Of a DNA stretch of 64,000 nucleotides, positions 10,703 to 19,868 are shown one piece after another (positions within the stretch are counted from its first letter, which is position 1; the number at the start of each line of letters is the position of its first letter). The stretch covers positions 64,001 to 128,000 of the forward strand of contig CAVQJC010000002.1 in assembly GCA_963712745.1 (NCBI GenBank), given 5' to 3'. The position numbers and the translations under genes were made by a program. The notes beneath the pieces are model-generated. The model saw only the letters and a program-made list of their open reading frames with translations, was not told the origin of the DNA and did not search any database. The DNA is from an uncultured Chloroflexia bacterium (lineage in GTDB: Bacteria > Chloroflexota > Limnocylindria > Limnocylindrales > CSP1-4).

Positions 10703-11494
10703 GTGACCATTGACAGCAGCACCAGGCCCGATCTCGACGGGCGCACGCCCACGGCCGAGGACGTCCGGGTCGCTTTCGCTGACACCTGGGGAGACATGGG
10801 TCCCGCCTGGAACGTCACGCCCTCGGTGGCGCGCGTCCACGGCTACCTGCTGGTCGACGGTGGCACGCTCACCGAGCGCGACATCCGCGAAGCGCTGGGC
10901 CTGAGCCATCGCGCGGCCTCGCTGGCTCTGGCAGAACTGGAGGAGTGGCGACTCGTCGAACGCGTCGATGACGCTCCGCGAGACCCGCGGCCGGGCCCGT
11001 CAGCGGTGGCCTGGCGCGTGGTCGGCGATCGCTGGCGCTGGTTCCAGCGCGTGGCCGAGGAGCGGCGTGCGCGCGAAGCCGACCCGCTCCAGCCTCGCCT
11101 GGCCGTCTGCCTGGAGCTGGCCGATGAGGCCATCGAGGCCAGGCCGGACGACGAGGAGGCCCGACGACTGCGAACCTGGATCGCCGAGATCCAGGGCCTG
11201 GCCACGCTCTTCGACCGCGCGCTTCGGACGCTGTCGAGGGCCGAGACCGACGAGATCGCGCGTGGCTTCAGCGTGCTTGCCCGGGTCTCGGACGAGGCGC
11301 TCGACAGCCTATTGCGCCTGTTCGGCTCGCTGCCCGAGGACGAGCTGGCTGAGACGCTCGAGTCGCTGTCGCGGACCTCGCCCACGACCGCCCGGCGCGT
11401 ACTCAAGGCGGCCAACCGGATAGCACGGTCTGGGCCGCTAGGACACGCTAGGAACCGTCTGCGCACGGAACTGCGACCTACAATCCGGCCATGA
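10703..11494 (+). CDS. GbsR/MarR-type winged-HTH transcriptional regulator
   Basis: FADTWGDMGPAW, ARVHGYLL and LGLSHRAASLALAELEEWRLV. Divergent from trpD and coupled to the downstream dehydrogenase. Confidence 0.75.
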   Translation: MTIDSSTRPDLDGRTPTAEDVRVAFADTWGDMGPAWNVTPSVARVHGYLLVDGGTLTERDIREALGLSHRAASLALAELEEWRLVERVDDAPRDPRPGPSAVAWRVVGDRWRWFQRVAEERRAREADPLQPRLAVCLELADEAIEARPDDEEARRLRTWIAEIQGLATLFDRALRTLSRAETDEIARGFSVLARVSDEALDSLLRLFGSLPEDELAETLESLSRTSPTTARRVLKAANRIARSGPLGHARNRLRTELRPTIRP

Positions 11495-12534
11495 CTGCGA
11501 CCACCTCCGACACACCAGCGATGACCGGCCTGATCAAGCGCGACCGGGGGTCCGAGAATGTCGGTCTCGGCCAGGTCCCGCGTCCGGTCGCCGGAACCGA
11601 TGAGGTCATCATCGAGGTCTACGCGGTGGGCATCTGCGGCACCGACCTCCATATCCAGGACGACGAGTTCCCGAGCACCCCGCCGGTGGTCATGGGCCAC
11701 GAGGTCAGCGGGCGCGTGGTCGAGGCCGGGCCCGGGGCCGAGGACTGGGTCGGGGAGCGCGTCAGCCCCGAGACCTACTTCTACACCTGCGACCGCTGCC
11801 CGGCCTGCCTCGCGGGCCGGCGCAACCTCTGCCCGGCCCGCCGCTCCATCGGCAGCCACGTCGACGGCGGCTTCGCCAGGTACGTGAAAGTGCCGCAGCG
11901 CAACCTCCACGCCGTCCACGAGTCGGTCGGTGAGCACGCCGGCGCCCTCTATGAGCCCTTGAGCTGCGTGGCCCAGTGCCTGTGCGATCCGGCCGTGGCC
12001 AGCCCCGGTGACAGCGCCCTCGTGATCGGCCCCGGTGCCATGGGCATCCTCACCGCGCAGGTGCTCCGGAGCCAGGGTGCCGAGGTGACCATCTCCGGTA
12101 CGCCGGGTGACCGGCAGCGGCTCGACATCGCCGAGTCACTGGGCCTGACCACGGTCCTCGCGGCCGATCTCGAGAGCGTCATCCCCGGCGTCGGCTTCGA
12201 CGTCGTAGCCGATGCCTCGGGGGCAGAGCGCGGCATCGACGCGGGATTGCGCGCCATCCGCAAGGGCGGCCACTACGTGCAGGTCGGCCTCACCGGCAAG
12301 CCCATCAGCGTCGACATCGACCTGGTCTGCCTCAAGGAGCTGGTGGTGACCTCGGGCTTCGCCTCTACCCCACGCTCGTGGCACCGGGTCGAGAAGCTCA
12401 TCGCCTCTGGCGCGGTCGTGCTCGACCCGCTCGTCACCGACGTCGCGCCGCTCAGCGCGTGGGAGACCTCGTTCGGGCGTACGCGAAAGGCCGATGGGCT
12501 CAAGCTCATGCTCGATCCACGCATGGACGCCTAG
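11491..12534 (+). CDS. Zinc-dependent alcohol/polyol dehydrogenase (MDR family)
   Basis: GICGTD, GHE, CDRCPACLAGRRNLC, EPLSC and GPGAMG motifs. Confidence 0.9.
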   Translation: MTATTSDTPAMTGLIKRDRGSENVGLGQVPRPVAGTDEVIIEVYAVGICGTDLHIQDDEFPSTPPVVMGHEVSGRVVEAGPGAEDWVGERVSPETYFYTCDRCPACLAGRRNLCPARRSIGSHVDGGFARYVKVPQRNLHAVHESVGEHAGALYEPLSCVAQCLCDPAVASPGDSALVIGPGAMGILTAQVLRSQGAEVTISGTPGDRQRLDIAESLGLTTVLAADLESVIPGVGFDVVADASGAERGIDAGLRAIRKGGHYVQVGLTGKPISVDIDLVCLKELVVTSGFASTPRSWHRVEKLIASGAVVLDPLVTDVAPLSAWETSFGRTRKADGLKLMLDPRMDA

Positions 12535-12575
12535 GCCGAATCACCACACCGAGTCAACCACAGGAGGACCCCCTG

Positions 12576-13391
12576 ATGAGCGCCACCTTCAGCCTCGACG
12601 GCAAGAACGCCGTGGTCACCGGCCTGTCCACCGGCATCGGCCGGGCCATCGCAGAAGCCCTCGCGCGCGAAGGAGCCAACGTCGCGGGCGACTATCAGAA
12701 GGACGCCGAGGCAGCCCGTATCACGCGGGGCCTCATCGAGGCACAGGGTCGCGAGGCGCTCATCCTGCAAGGTTCGACGGCTGACGAAGCTCATGTCGAC
12801 GACATGGCCGACCGAGTCGTCGAGCAGTGGGGCAGCCTCGACATCTGGGTCAACAACGCCGCGCGCATCTTCGTCAAGCCGTTCCTCGAACTCGCGACCG
12901 AGGAGTGGCACGGGCTGCTCGCGGCCAACCTCCACGGCTACATGTTCGGCTGCCGCGCGGCGGCTCGGAAGATGGCGGTCCAGGCGGGCCCCGGGCGCAT
13001 CATCAACATCACCAGCCAGTCGGATATCCAGGCCATCAGCGGCTTCAGCGCCTACATCACGGCCAAGGGCGGCATCAACGGTCTCACCCGGGTGCTCGCG
13101 CTGGAGCTCGCCGACTACGACATCACCGTCAACTCGGTCTCGCCCGGACCCACGGATACGCCCTTGAACGCGACCGCCTGGACGCCGAAGGCCCGGGCCA
13201 CGTATCTCGAGCGCATCGGTCTGCATCGCATCTCGGTGCCGGAGGAGACGGCCGATGTCGTCTGCTTCGTGGCCTCGCATGCGTCGCGCTTCATGACCGG
13301 GCAGGAGATCATCGTCGACGGCGGCCTCTCCATCAACGGCAACGTGGGTCACGCCAAGACCGACCTCGAGGGCGGCGAGGTCGACAAGTAG
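12576..13391 (+). CDS. SDR family oxidoreductase
   Basis: TGLSTGIG, NNA, YITAK and TGQEIIVDGG motifs; AGGAGG RBS. Confidence 0.9.
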   Translation: MSATFSLDGKNAVVTGLSTGIGRAIAEALAREGANVAGDYQKDAEAARITRGLIEAQGREALILQGSTADEAHVDDMADRVVEQWGSLDIWVNNAARIFVKPFLELATEEWHGLLAANLHGYMFGCRAAARKMAVQAGPGRIINITSQSDIQAISGFSAYITAKGGINGLTRVLALELADYDITVNSVSPGPTDTPLNATAWTPKARATYLERIGLHRISVPEETADVVCFVASHASRFMTGQEIIVDGGLSINGNVGHAKTDLEGGEVDK

Positions 13392-14269
13392 TGCGCCGTA
13401 GGTCTTGGGGGTCGCGGGCTTGGGGACCGACTGCTGTCGCGCTGGCGCTCGTGGCGGCGGGTGCGGCCGTGGCGCTCTCCGTGCAGCTTGCGAAGGCGGG
13501 ACCTGAAACGACTCTCCTCGACCCGGGCGCCGAGCCCCGCGTCACGCTTCGCTTCGAGCTCGACGAAGGCACCAGCACCGACTACGTGATCACCACCGAC
13601 CGCTCCGATCGCCTGACCGTGGACGGCGAAGCGGAGCCACGGGAACGCACGGCTTCGACTGCCCTCGGGACGCGGACGGTCACGGGGGTCGCCGCGGATG
13701 GACGCTACCTCATCGAGACCTTCACCGCGATCGACGGAGGGCGGCCGTTGAAGGCTGGCGCACCCGACGTCGATGTCCGACCGTGGCTCATGGACGATCG
13801 CGGTCGGATCTGGGAGGCCGGCGCAAGTGAAGGGCCCGACGGGCCTGCCTCGCTCATCCTGCCGGAGGAGCCGGTCGGGGTAGGAGCGACCTGGGAGACG
13901 GTCGCTATCGCAGGTGGGCCGCTCGGCGGGGAGCCGGTCTTCGAGGCAACGACGGTCACGACCACGACGCTCGTGGACATCCTTCCCGATGGCCGCTACG
14001 CGCTGCGCGGCGAGGTCGTGATGACCGCGAGCGATCAGGCGGTCCCGTCTTCAAGGTTGCCCGACGGGGTCACGGCCGTATATGACCAGATCGACCTTGC
14101 GGGTGAGTATCGATGGCTACTCGACCCGTCGGACCCGGTCGTCTTGTCGGATGGGCACATCGAGGGCAGCACGTCGGTCGTGGTCACCATGGATGGCCTG
14201 GCGAGGACCTACCTGAGCGAGTCCGTCGCGGATGTTGCCATTGACCCAGCGGATGGCACCCCGGAGTAG
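13391..14269 (+). CDS. Hypothetical secreted or membrane-anchored protein
   Basis: N-terminal hydrophobic helix; LPEEPVGVGATW motif; coding-like codon bias. Confidence 0.65.
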   Translation: MRRRSWGSRAWGPTAVALALVAAGAAVALSVQLAKAGPETTLLDPGAEPRVTLRFELDEGTSTDYVITTDRSDRLTVDGEAEPRERTASTALGTRTVTGVAADGRYLIETFTAIDGGRPLKAGAPDVDVRPWLMDDRGRIWEAGASEGPDGPASLILPEEPVGVGATWETVAIAGGPLGGEPVFEATTVTTTTLVDILPDGRYALRGEVVMTASDQAVPSSRLPDGVTAVYDQIDLAGEYRWLLDPSDPVVLSDGHIEGSTSVVVTMDGLARTYLSESVADVAIDPADGTPE

Positions 14270-14390
14270 GCGGCCCCACGTCTCGCCGTCCCTGCTCCCA
14301 TACGTGCGTGAAATGAGTCTTTCCCCGATGCCGTGAGTTCGGCTTAGTCCGACGCTTGCCTCGACGTTCAGAATCGAATGGGGCAAGACG

Positions 14391-15653
14391 ATGCGTACGA
14401 TGGAGCCACCTGGAGCTGACAGGCTCCGGGCTGCCGCGGCCTATGTCGCGCGCGAGAGTTGCCCCATGCTGGCCTGCCTCCTCGTGCCGGCGGCCATCGT
14501 CCTCGCCATCGCCCTGCAGGGCGCCACACCGGCCGAGCCAGCCGAGCCAGCTGCCATCTCGCGTCCGGGGCCGTACGCCGACTTCCGCTTCGAGCAGGTG
14601 GGTGTTGGCGTCAGGCGGCTGATCGACGACGGGGTCGGGCATCGACCCGGGGACTGGAGCCTGTTCCGCGGGACCCAGGCCGATCTGGTCGCGGTCGAGC
14701 CCAACGGTTCGGTGCTCACGTGCTGCGACCGGCCCAACGTTCTCATCGAGGCGCGGGACGAGGCCGAGATCCATCGCCTTGGCGACCCCGAGCCTGCCGC
14801 GGCCTGGAGTTTCCCCAAAGTCGGCATCGGCGACATCGCCGACATGACCGTAGCTGACGACGGAACGCTGTGGGTCGTCGGCGCGGGCGTCGCGTCCGTC
14901 GTCGATGACGAGTGGAACCGGCTTCATCGCAATACCGATAGCGGACTCGTGGTGGCCGGAGCTGACGGCACGGTCTGGGCAGAGGTCTCTGGCAAGTCGC
15001 TGGGCGTCCTGCGCGTCCGTGGCGAGCACGACCGGAAGTTCTCGCCACGGGCCGGCCTGCCCAAGGCGACCCTGACTTGGGGTTCCCGCGTCACGGGCAT
15101 CGCTGCCACGCCCAACGGCGAAGCGTGGGTCGGGGTGAGCGCTGGTCGCGACAATCCCGGCGGCCTGCTCCGCTTCGACGGCAAGCGGTGGAAGATCATC
15201 CGGCCGCTTGGCCGCGGCGTCGCGGCCCGCGTCTACGGCGTTGCGTCAGCGCCCGACGGGACCGTGTGGGTCTACCTCAGTGCAGACGCACGCAAGGACA
15301 CCGTGTCGAAGCTGCCTTCCGCCCACCTGGCCCGCTTCGACGGTGAGGGCTGGACGGTGTTCGACGAGGAGGACGGGGTACCCCCGCTGCGACGCAGGTT
15401 CATCAACTCGGATATCGGCGTGCCGATGCGGGCAGGAGCAGACGGGACGTTGTGGCTGGCGCCACCGATCGGCCACGGATGCAGCCGGCTGATGCGTTTC
15501 GCCAGCGCAGGCACGACCGCATATCTCGGGGAGTCCTCGTGCGTCCGCGATCTCGAGCTCGACACCGATGGCCGAGCCTGGGTCTCGGTCGTCGAATGGA
15601 CCGAGTCGAGCGGGAGCACGTGGCGGGCCGCCCTCTACCTCATCGAACCCTGA
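14391..15653 (+). CDS. Secreted beta-propeller repeat protein
   Basis: Repeated (A/P)DGTxWV and L.RFDG..W motifs. C-terminus is similar to 45248..46105. Confidence 0.7.
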   Translation: MRTMEPPGADRLRAAAAYVARESCPMLACLLVPAAIVLAIALQGATPAEPAEPAAISRPGPYADFRFEQVGVGVRRLIDDGVGHRPGDWSLFRGTQADLVAVEPNGSVLTCCDRPNVLIEARDEAEIHRLGDPEPAAAWSFPKVGIGDIADMTVADDGTLWVVGAGVASVVDDEWNRLHRNTDSGLVVAGADGTVWAEVSGKSLGVLRVRGEHDRKFSPRAGLPKATLTWGSRVTGIAATPNGEAWVGVSAGRDNPGGLLRFDGKRWKIIRPLGRGVAARVYGVASAPDGTVWVYLSADARKDTVSKLPSAHLARFDGEGWTVFDEEDGVPPLRRRFINSDIGVPMRAGADGTLWLAPPIGHGCSRLMRFASAGTTAYLGESSCVRDLELDTDGRAWVSVVEWTESSGSTWRAALYLIEP

Positions 15654-15686
15654 CACCGCCTGTCTGGCGCGGCACGCTGCGAGATG

Positions 15687-15948
15687 CCGGGCGGTCGGGC
15701 ATCGGGAGCCGGCCGTGTTCCCGTCCAACGGGACAACGCAACGCGGACCCGGGCGGTCGGGCACCGGGAGCCCGCCGTGTTCCCGTCCAGCGGGACAACG
15801 CAACGCGGACCCGGGCGGTCGGGCACCGGGAGCCCGCCGTGTTCCCGTTCAGCGGGACAACGCAACGCGGACCCGGGCGGTCGGGCACCGGGAGCCCGCC
15901 GTGTTCCCGTTCAGCGGGACAACGCAACGCGGACCCGGGCGGTCGGGC
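15687..15948. repeat. 61-bp tandem repeat (about 4.3 copies) carrying palindrome TTCCCGTYCARCGGGAC
   Basis: CCGGGCGGTCGGGCACCGGGAGCCCGCCGTGTTCCCGTTCAGCGGGACAACGCAACGCGGAC with period 61. Confidence 0.95.
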
Positions 15949-16015
15949 CCCTCCCTTCGCGTTGAACGGGAAGCCGTGTCACCGCGTCCCGCTCAGCGGC
16001 AAATAAGGTGCACCT

Positions 16016-16187
16016 CAGGCGCAGGGCGCGCCAGGTGCGGGCGCTGCACGCGTCGAGTTGTCCCGTTCAGCGGGAGGCAGCCAAGCTTACGAGCGCTCCA
16101 GGCGCAGGGCGCGCCAGGTGCGGGCGCTGCACGCGTCGAGTTGTCCCGTTCAGCGGGAGGCAGCCAAGCTTACGAGCGCTCCAGGCG
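16016..16187. repeat. 83-bp tandem repeat (2 copies) carrying the same palindrome
   Basis: CAGGCGCAGGGCGCGCCAGGTGCGGGCGCTGCACGCGTCGAGTTGTCCCGTTCAGCGGGAGGCAGCCAAGCTTACGAGCGCTC at 16016 and 16099. Confidence 0.95.
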
Positions 16188-16237
16188 GAGCCCCGCACCG
16201 TCACTGCGCGTCGATGGCGCTGCGGCCGCTTCCTGAC

Positions 16238-16492
16238 CTATCCGGCGGCGGCAGCCTCTCCCGCGTCGAGCGAGGCAGTCATCTCGCCGTCGATGAAATC
16301 GAGGTCACCGGTGATGACCTTCTCGACCTCTTCGATGGTCGACACCTTGGGGTCGATGTCATCGGCCACGACCTGGCCTCGGCGCAGCACGATGATGCGG
16401 TCGACCACCTGGAAGACGTGGTGGATGTTGTGGGCGATGAAGATGCAGGAGTGGCCGGAGTCGCGCGCGTTGCGCACGAACTTCAACACACC
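16238..16492 (-). pseudogene. C-terminal fragment of a sugar ABC transporter ATP-binding protein
   Basis: VLKFVRNARDSGHSCIFIAHNIHHVFQVVDRIIVLRRG (H-loop region) is present. Walker A, Walker B and the signature motif are missing. Confidence 0.8.
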
Positions 16493-16748
16493 GTTCAAGG
16501 AGGCCACACAAGGGCGCACCACCGTGCTCGGCGTGGTCGATCCGTCGGAGGTCATCGCGCGCGGCACTCCCGAGGCCGTGGCTGAGGCCGTGCGCGAGGA
16601 ACTCGAGGTGCTGGCACCGGGTGGCGGTCTCATCATCGGCCCCGGCTGTGCGCTCCCGCCGGAGACCCCGGCCGAGAACATGCACGCCTTCGTGGAGGCG
16701 GCGCAGCGACACGGCCGCTACGCACCCGACGGCAGCCTCGCGAGCTGA
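16493..16748 (+). pseudogene. C-terminal fragment of a uroporphyrinogen decarboxylase/MtaA-CmuA family protein
   Basis: LGVVDPSEVIARGTPEAVAEAV...GGGLIIGPGCALPPETPAENMHAF. No N-terminal part is present. Confidence 0.8.
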
Positions 16749-16799
16749 GGGTCGGCCGTCGGCGCGTGGGTCGGCCGGTTGGCGCGTGGGTCGGCCGGT

Positions 16800-17150
16800 T
16801 CAGTCGACCGGGTCGAGGCGGAAGATCGGTCCGGCCACGGCCTTGTCCGCGCTGGTGAAGGGCGGTGCCAGGCTCCTGGCCGCCGCCAGACGCTCGTCGT
16901 CCTCGAGCTCGGTGGCGCTGAACTCGGCCGTCGCTCCCTTCACCGTCAGCTTGCAGCGTCCGGCAGCACGCAGGTTCCTGGCCCACTGGTGCGACTCATC
17001 CCCGGCGACCACGTAGTAGCCACCTCCGGGCGCGGACTTCTTGTTGACGATCGCCGTGCGCTCGAGGCCGCTCTTGCGGCCGACCACCGTGATCTGGGCG
17101 AGCATCCCGAGGCGAAGCATCGCGCTGGCCATCCACCCGGGCATCTCCAT
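16800..17150 (-). CDS. Deazaflavin (F420)-dependent nitroreductase-like protein
   Basis: ITVVGRKSGLERT, HQWARNLRA and C-terminal PIFRLDP, typical of the Ddn split-barrel family. Confidence 0.75.
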   Translation of the reverse strand: MEMPGWMASAMLRLGMLAQITVVGRKSGLERTAIVNKKSAPGGGYYVVAGDESHQWARNLRAAGRCKLTVKGATAEFSATELEDDERLAAARSLAPPFTSADKAVAGPIFRLDPVD

Positions 17151-17232
17151 CTCGTCTCGTCCCCTCGTGCCTGCATCGGATCGGTGACCTGACGCTAGCA
17201 CCAAGGCCCGGCTGAGGCCGTAGAGTCGGGCC

Positions 17233-18207
17233 ATGCCCACGCGAGTGATGGTCATCGGCCGCCAGGCAGGTCTGCCGCCCGCAGGTCTGCCCGAGACGCG
17301 TACGGGCGTCGAGTACGTCATGGCCGACACCATGGATCAGGTCCGGGCTGGTCTGGCCGACTGCGACGTGGTCTTCCATTACGGGCACCCACGAGATGCG
17401 CTCTCGGCCAACTGGGAGCTGGCCGGCCGATTGCGCTGGCTGCACATCGGCGGCGTGGGCATCGACTGGGCCCTGTTCCCCGAGCTGATCGAGAGCGATG
17501 TCGTGCTGACCAACAGCCGCGGCGTCTTCGACGTGACGCTGCCGGAGTACCTGCTGACGCTGATGCTGGCGCTGGTCAAGGACCTGCCGGCCACCCTCGC
17601 AGCCCAGGGTCGCCACCAGTGGCAGCACCGGTTGCTCGAACCCCTTGCTGGCGGTCGCGCGGTCATCGTGGGCGCAGGATCGATCGCTCGTGCCGCCGGT
17701 CGGCTGCTGCGCTCGATGGGGCTTGGGGTGACGCTGGTCGGGCGCAGCGAGCGTGACGGTGATCCCGGCGAGGGTCGCGTCCGCGCTGTCGCCGACCTCC
17801 ACGAGCTGCTGCGGTCGGCCGACTGGCTCATCGTAGTGGCGCCGCTGACGCCGGAGACGAGAGGCTTCATCGGTGCGGCCGAGCTGGCGCAGCTGCCGCG
17901 CGGTGCCCGCTTCGTCAACATCGGCCGCGGCCCCACGGTCGTGCAGGACGACCTCATCGAGGCGCTGCGCTCTGGAGCGCTGGCCGGCGCCGCGCTCGAC
18001 GTCTTCGAGGAGGAGCCCCTGCCCGCGGCCAGCCCACTATGGGACATGCCCAACGTCATCGTCTCCCCGCACATCGGGGGCGACGAAGCCAGCACCCCGC
18101 TCGCCTTCGGAGAGGCCTTTCTGGCCAACCTCGAGCGCTACCTGGCCGGCCAGCCGCTGGCCAACGTGGTCGACAAGCACCTCGGCTTCGTCCCGGGCGA
18201 GCGTTAG
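17233..18207 (+). CDS. D-2-hydroxyacid dehydrogenase
   Basis: GAGSIA, PLTPETRG, VNIGRG, LDVFEEEPLP and SPHIGG motifs. Confidence 0.92.
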   Translation: MPTRVMVIGRQAGLPPAGLPETRTGVEYVMADTMDQVRAGLADCDVVFHYGHPRDALSANWELAGRLRWLHIGGVGIDWALFPELIESDVVLTNSRGVFDVTLPEYLLTLMLALVKDLPATLAAQGRHQWQHRLLEPLAGGRAVIVGAGSIARAAGRLLRSMGLGVTLVGRSERDGDPGEGRVRAVADLHELLRSADWLIVVAPLTPETRGFIGAAELAQLPRGARFVNIGRGPTVVQDDLIEALRSGALAGAALDVFEEEPLPAASPLWDMPNVIVSPHIGGDEASTPLAFGEAFLANLERYLAGQPLANVVDKHLGFVPGER

Positions 18208-19868
18208 GTCCGCGCTGGGCTCGCCACCACCATCAGCCAGCGACGAAATGGTGGCAGGCGCCAGGCGCCACCGTCCCGCGACAACGGCCGCACATCACCG
18301 TCGGAGCTCCAGGGACTGGCAGCCACGGGCGAGGCCGCACCGGGCCAGACGACCCGAAGATCCTCGGCTTCCAGTGCCGGCCGCTTCGGTGCGTCCCAGT
18401 ACAGGTCGGCCTGTTCGCGCAGGTCCACCAGGTGAAGCATCAGCTGGCCAGCCGCCACGCGCGCGGCCCGAGCCCACACCATGCCCGGCTCGGGAATGGC
18501 CGACCAGCGCACGTCGCGCCCGTCGGCGTCCTGGAGGCGAAGATCCGGAACCTCGGCTGGCGCCAGGCCCGGATCCGAGAGCAGATGCACGTATCGCGCG
18601 CTGAAGCGCCATAGCGCCTGCAACTCGACGGCCTCGGCGGGCGTCATGGCCACGGCCGCCGGGTAGTAGCCCTCGACCAGGAGACGGTCGCCTTCAGCGA
18701 GCGTGTGGTGGTAGGCGCCCGCGGCGGCGATGACCGAGCCCAGCAGCACCGTGGGTTCGAACGCGGACGCACGATCGTCCACGGCGTCGCCGTCCCTGAG
18801 CGCGGCGGCATAGGCAGCGATGATGACCTGCCGGTCGCCGGCGAGGGCGCGGGCCCGGTCGATCCAGCCGACGACATCGCCCAGGGCGCGATCGGGCGGC
18901 CAAAGCTCGAGGTAGAGCGCGGCGGCCGGGGCCGGCGCCACCGACTCGAGCGGAAAGCCGTCGACGCAGTTGAACAGCACCCGTGCAGCCGGGTCGGCAT
19001 GGGCCACGACCGCGGCAGCCTCCTCGATGAGCCCGGGATAGAGCTCGGCGAAGTCGATGGCCTCGCCGTCGGCGGAGACGGCTCGGTGCGGCGGACCGTA
19101 GGTGTCCATGTGGATGCCATCGAAACCGAAGCGGCCGATCGCATCGCTGTACTCGGCGAGGATGCGAGTTCGCCAGGGGCTGCCCGGGCGGATGTCGTTG
19201 ATGAAGAAGGTGCCGCCCAGGCTCAGGGACTCGCCCGCGTCGTCGAACACACGTTCATCGGGGTGGTCTTCGACGTACTCAGGCTCGGCGCCGTAGACGG
19301 AGCCGTAGGCCAGCGAGGCGATGCCGTATTCGCGACCTGTCTCAACGGAGGCATGAACGGCATCATGCGAGACGAAGCGGCCCAGAGCATCGGCGAACTC
19401 CCTCGCTCCGTCGGGCGGGCTGTAGCGATAGTGCCGCCACATCCAGTCGTAGTGCTGGACGACGTTGACATGCCAGTCACGCAGCGCATGGGCCGCACGG
19501 CTGCTGGCGTCGGCATCGGCGTAGTCGGTGACCGCGGCATGACGTGGGGACTGCCACCAGCCCTCCAGCGCCTCCACCGCGGAGGTCGCCTCGGCGATGG
19601 CGGTCCCAGCATGGAGCACGAGTCGAAGCCCGTAGCCATGTCGGGACGCAGCGGGCAGATCCAGGGCGAGGTCGTGGGTCGTCGTGCCCACACCCAGTTC
19701 GAGCGCGCCTCGGACCACGGCTGCCTCGCGATCGAGATCCAGGAGCGTCAGGCTCGCCGACGCTGCAACCGCTTCTTCCGAAGTCACCGAGAACTCGACG
19801 GTGATGGACTCGCCTGGTCGGCCCCAGGCCCTCGCAGGCCGGATCGATCCGACAGTACAGAGCGTCAC
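18204..19868 (-). CDS. Glycoside hydrolase family 66 (dextranase/cycloisomaltooligosaccharide-active), no signal peptide
   Basis: VNVVQHYDWMWRH, GFDGIHMDTYG, YLELWP and GYYP motifs. Confidence 0.8.
   Translation of the reverse strand: MTLCTVGSIRPARAWGRPGESITVEFSVTSEEAVAASASLTLLDLDREAAVVRGALELGVGTTTHDLALDLPAASRHGYGLRLVLHAGTAIAEATSAVEALEGWWQSPRHAAVTDYADADASSRAAHALRDWHVNVVQHYDWMWRHYRYSPPDGAREFADALGRFVSHDAVHASVETGREYGIASLAYGSVYGAEPEYVEDHPDERVFDDAGESLSLGGTFFINDIRPGSPWRTRILAEYSDAIGRFGFDGIHMDTYGPPHRAVSADGEAIDFAELYPGLIEEAAAVVAHADPAARVLFNCVDGFPLESVAPAPAAALYLELWPPDRALGDVVGWIDRARALAGDRQVIIAAYAAALRDGDAVDDRASAFEPTVLLGSVIAAAGAYHHTLAEGDRLLVEGYYPAAVAMTPAEAVELQALWRFSARYVHLLSDPGLAPAEVPDLRLQDADGRDVRWSAIPEPGMVWARAARVAAGQLMLHLVDLREQADLYWDAPKRPALEAEDLRVVWPGAASPVAASPWSSDGDVRPLSRDGGAWRLPPFRRWLMVVASPART

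Noticed and set aside
15687-15948. CRISPR array (palindromic repeats at 61-bp period; also the 51-bp array at 59848)
   Set aside because: Sequences between the palindromes are essentially identical rather than unique spacers, and there are no cas genes in the window.
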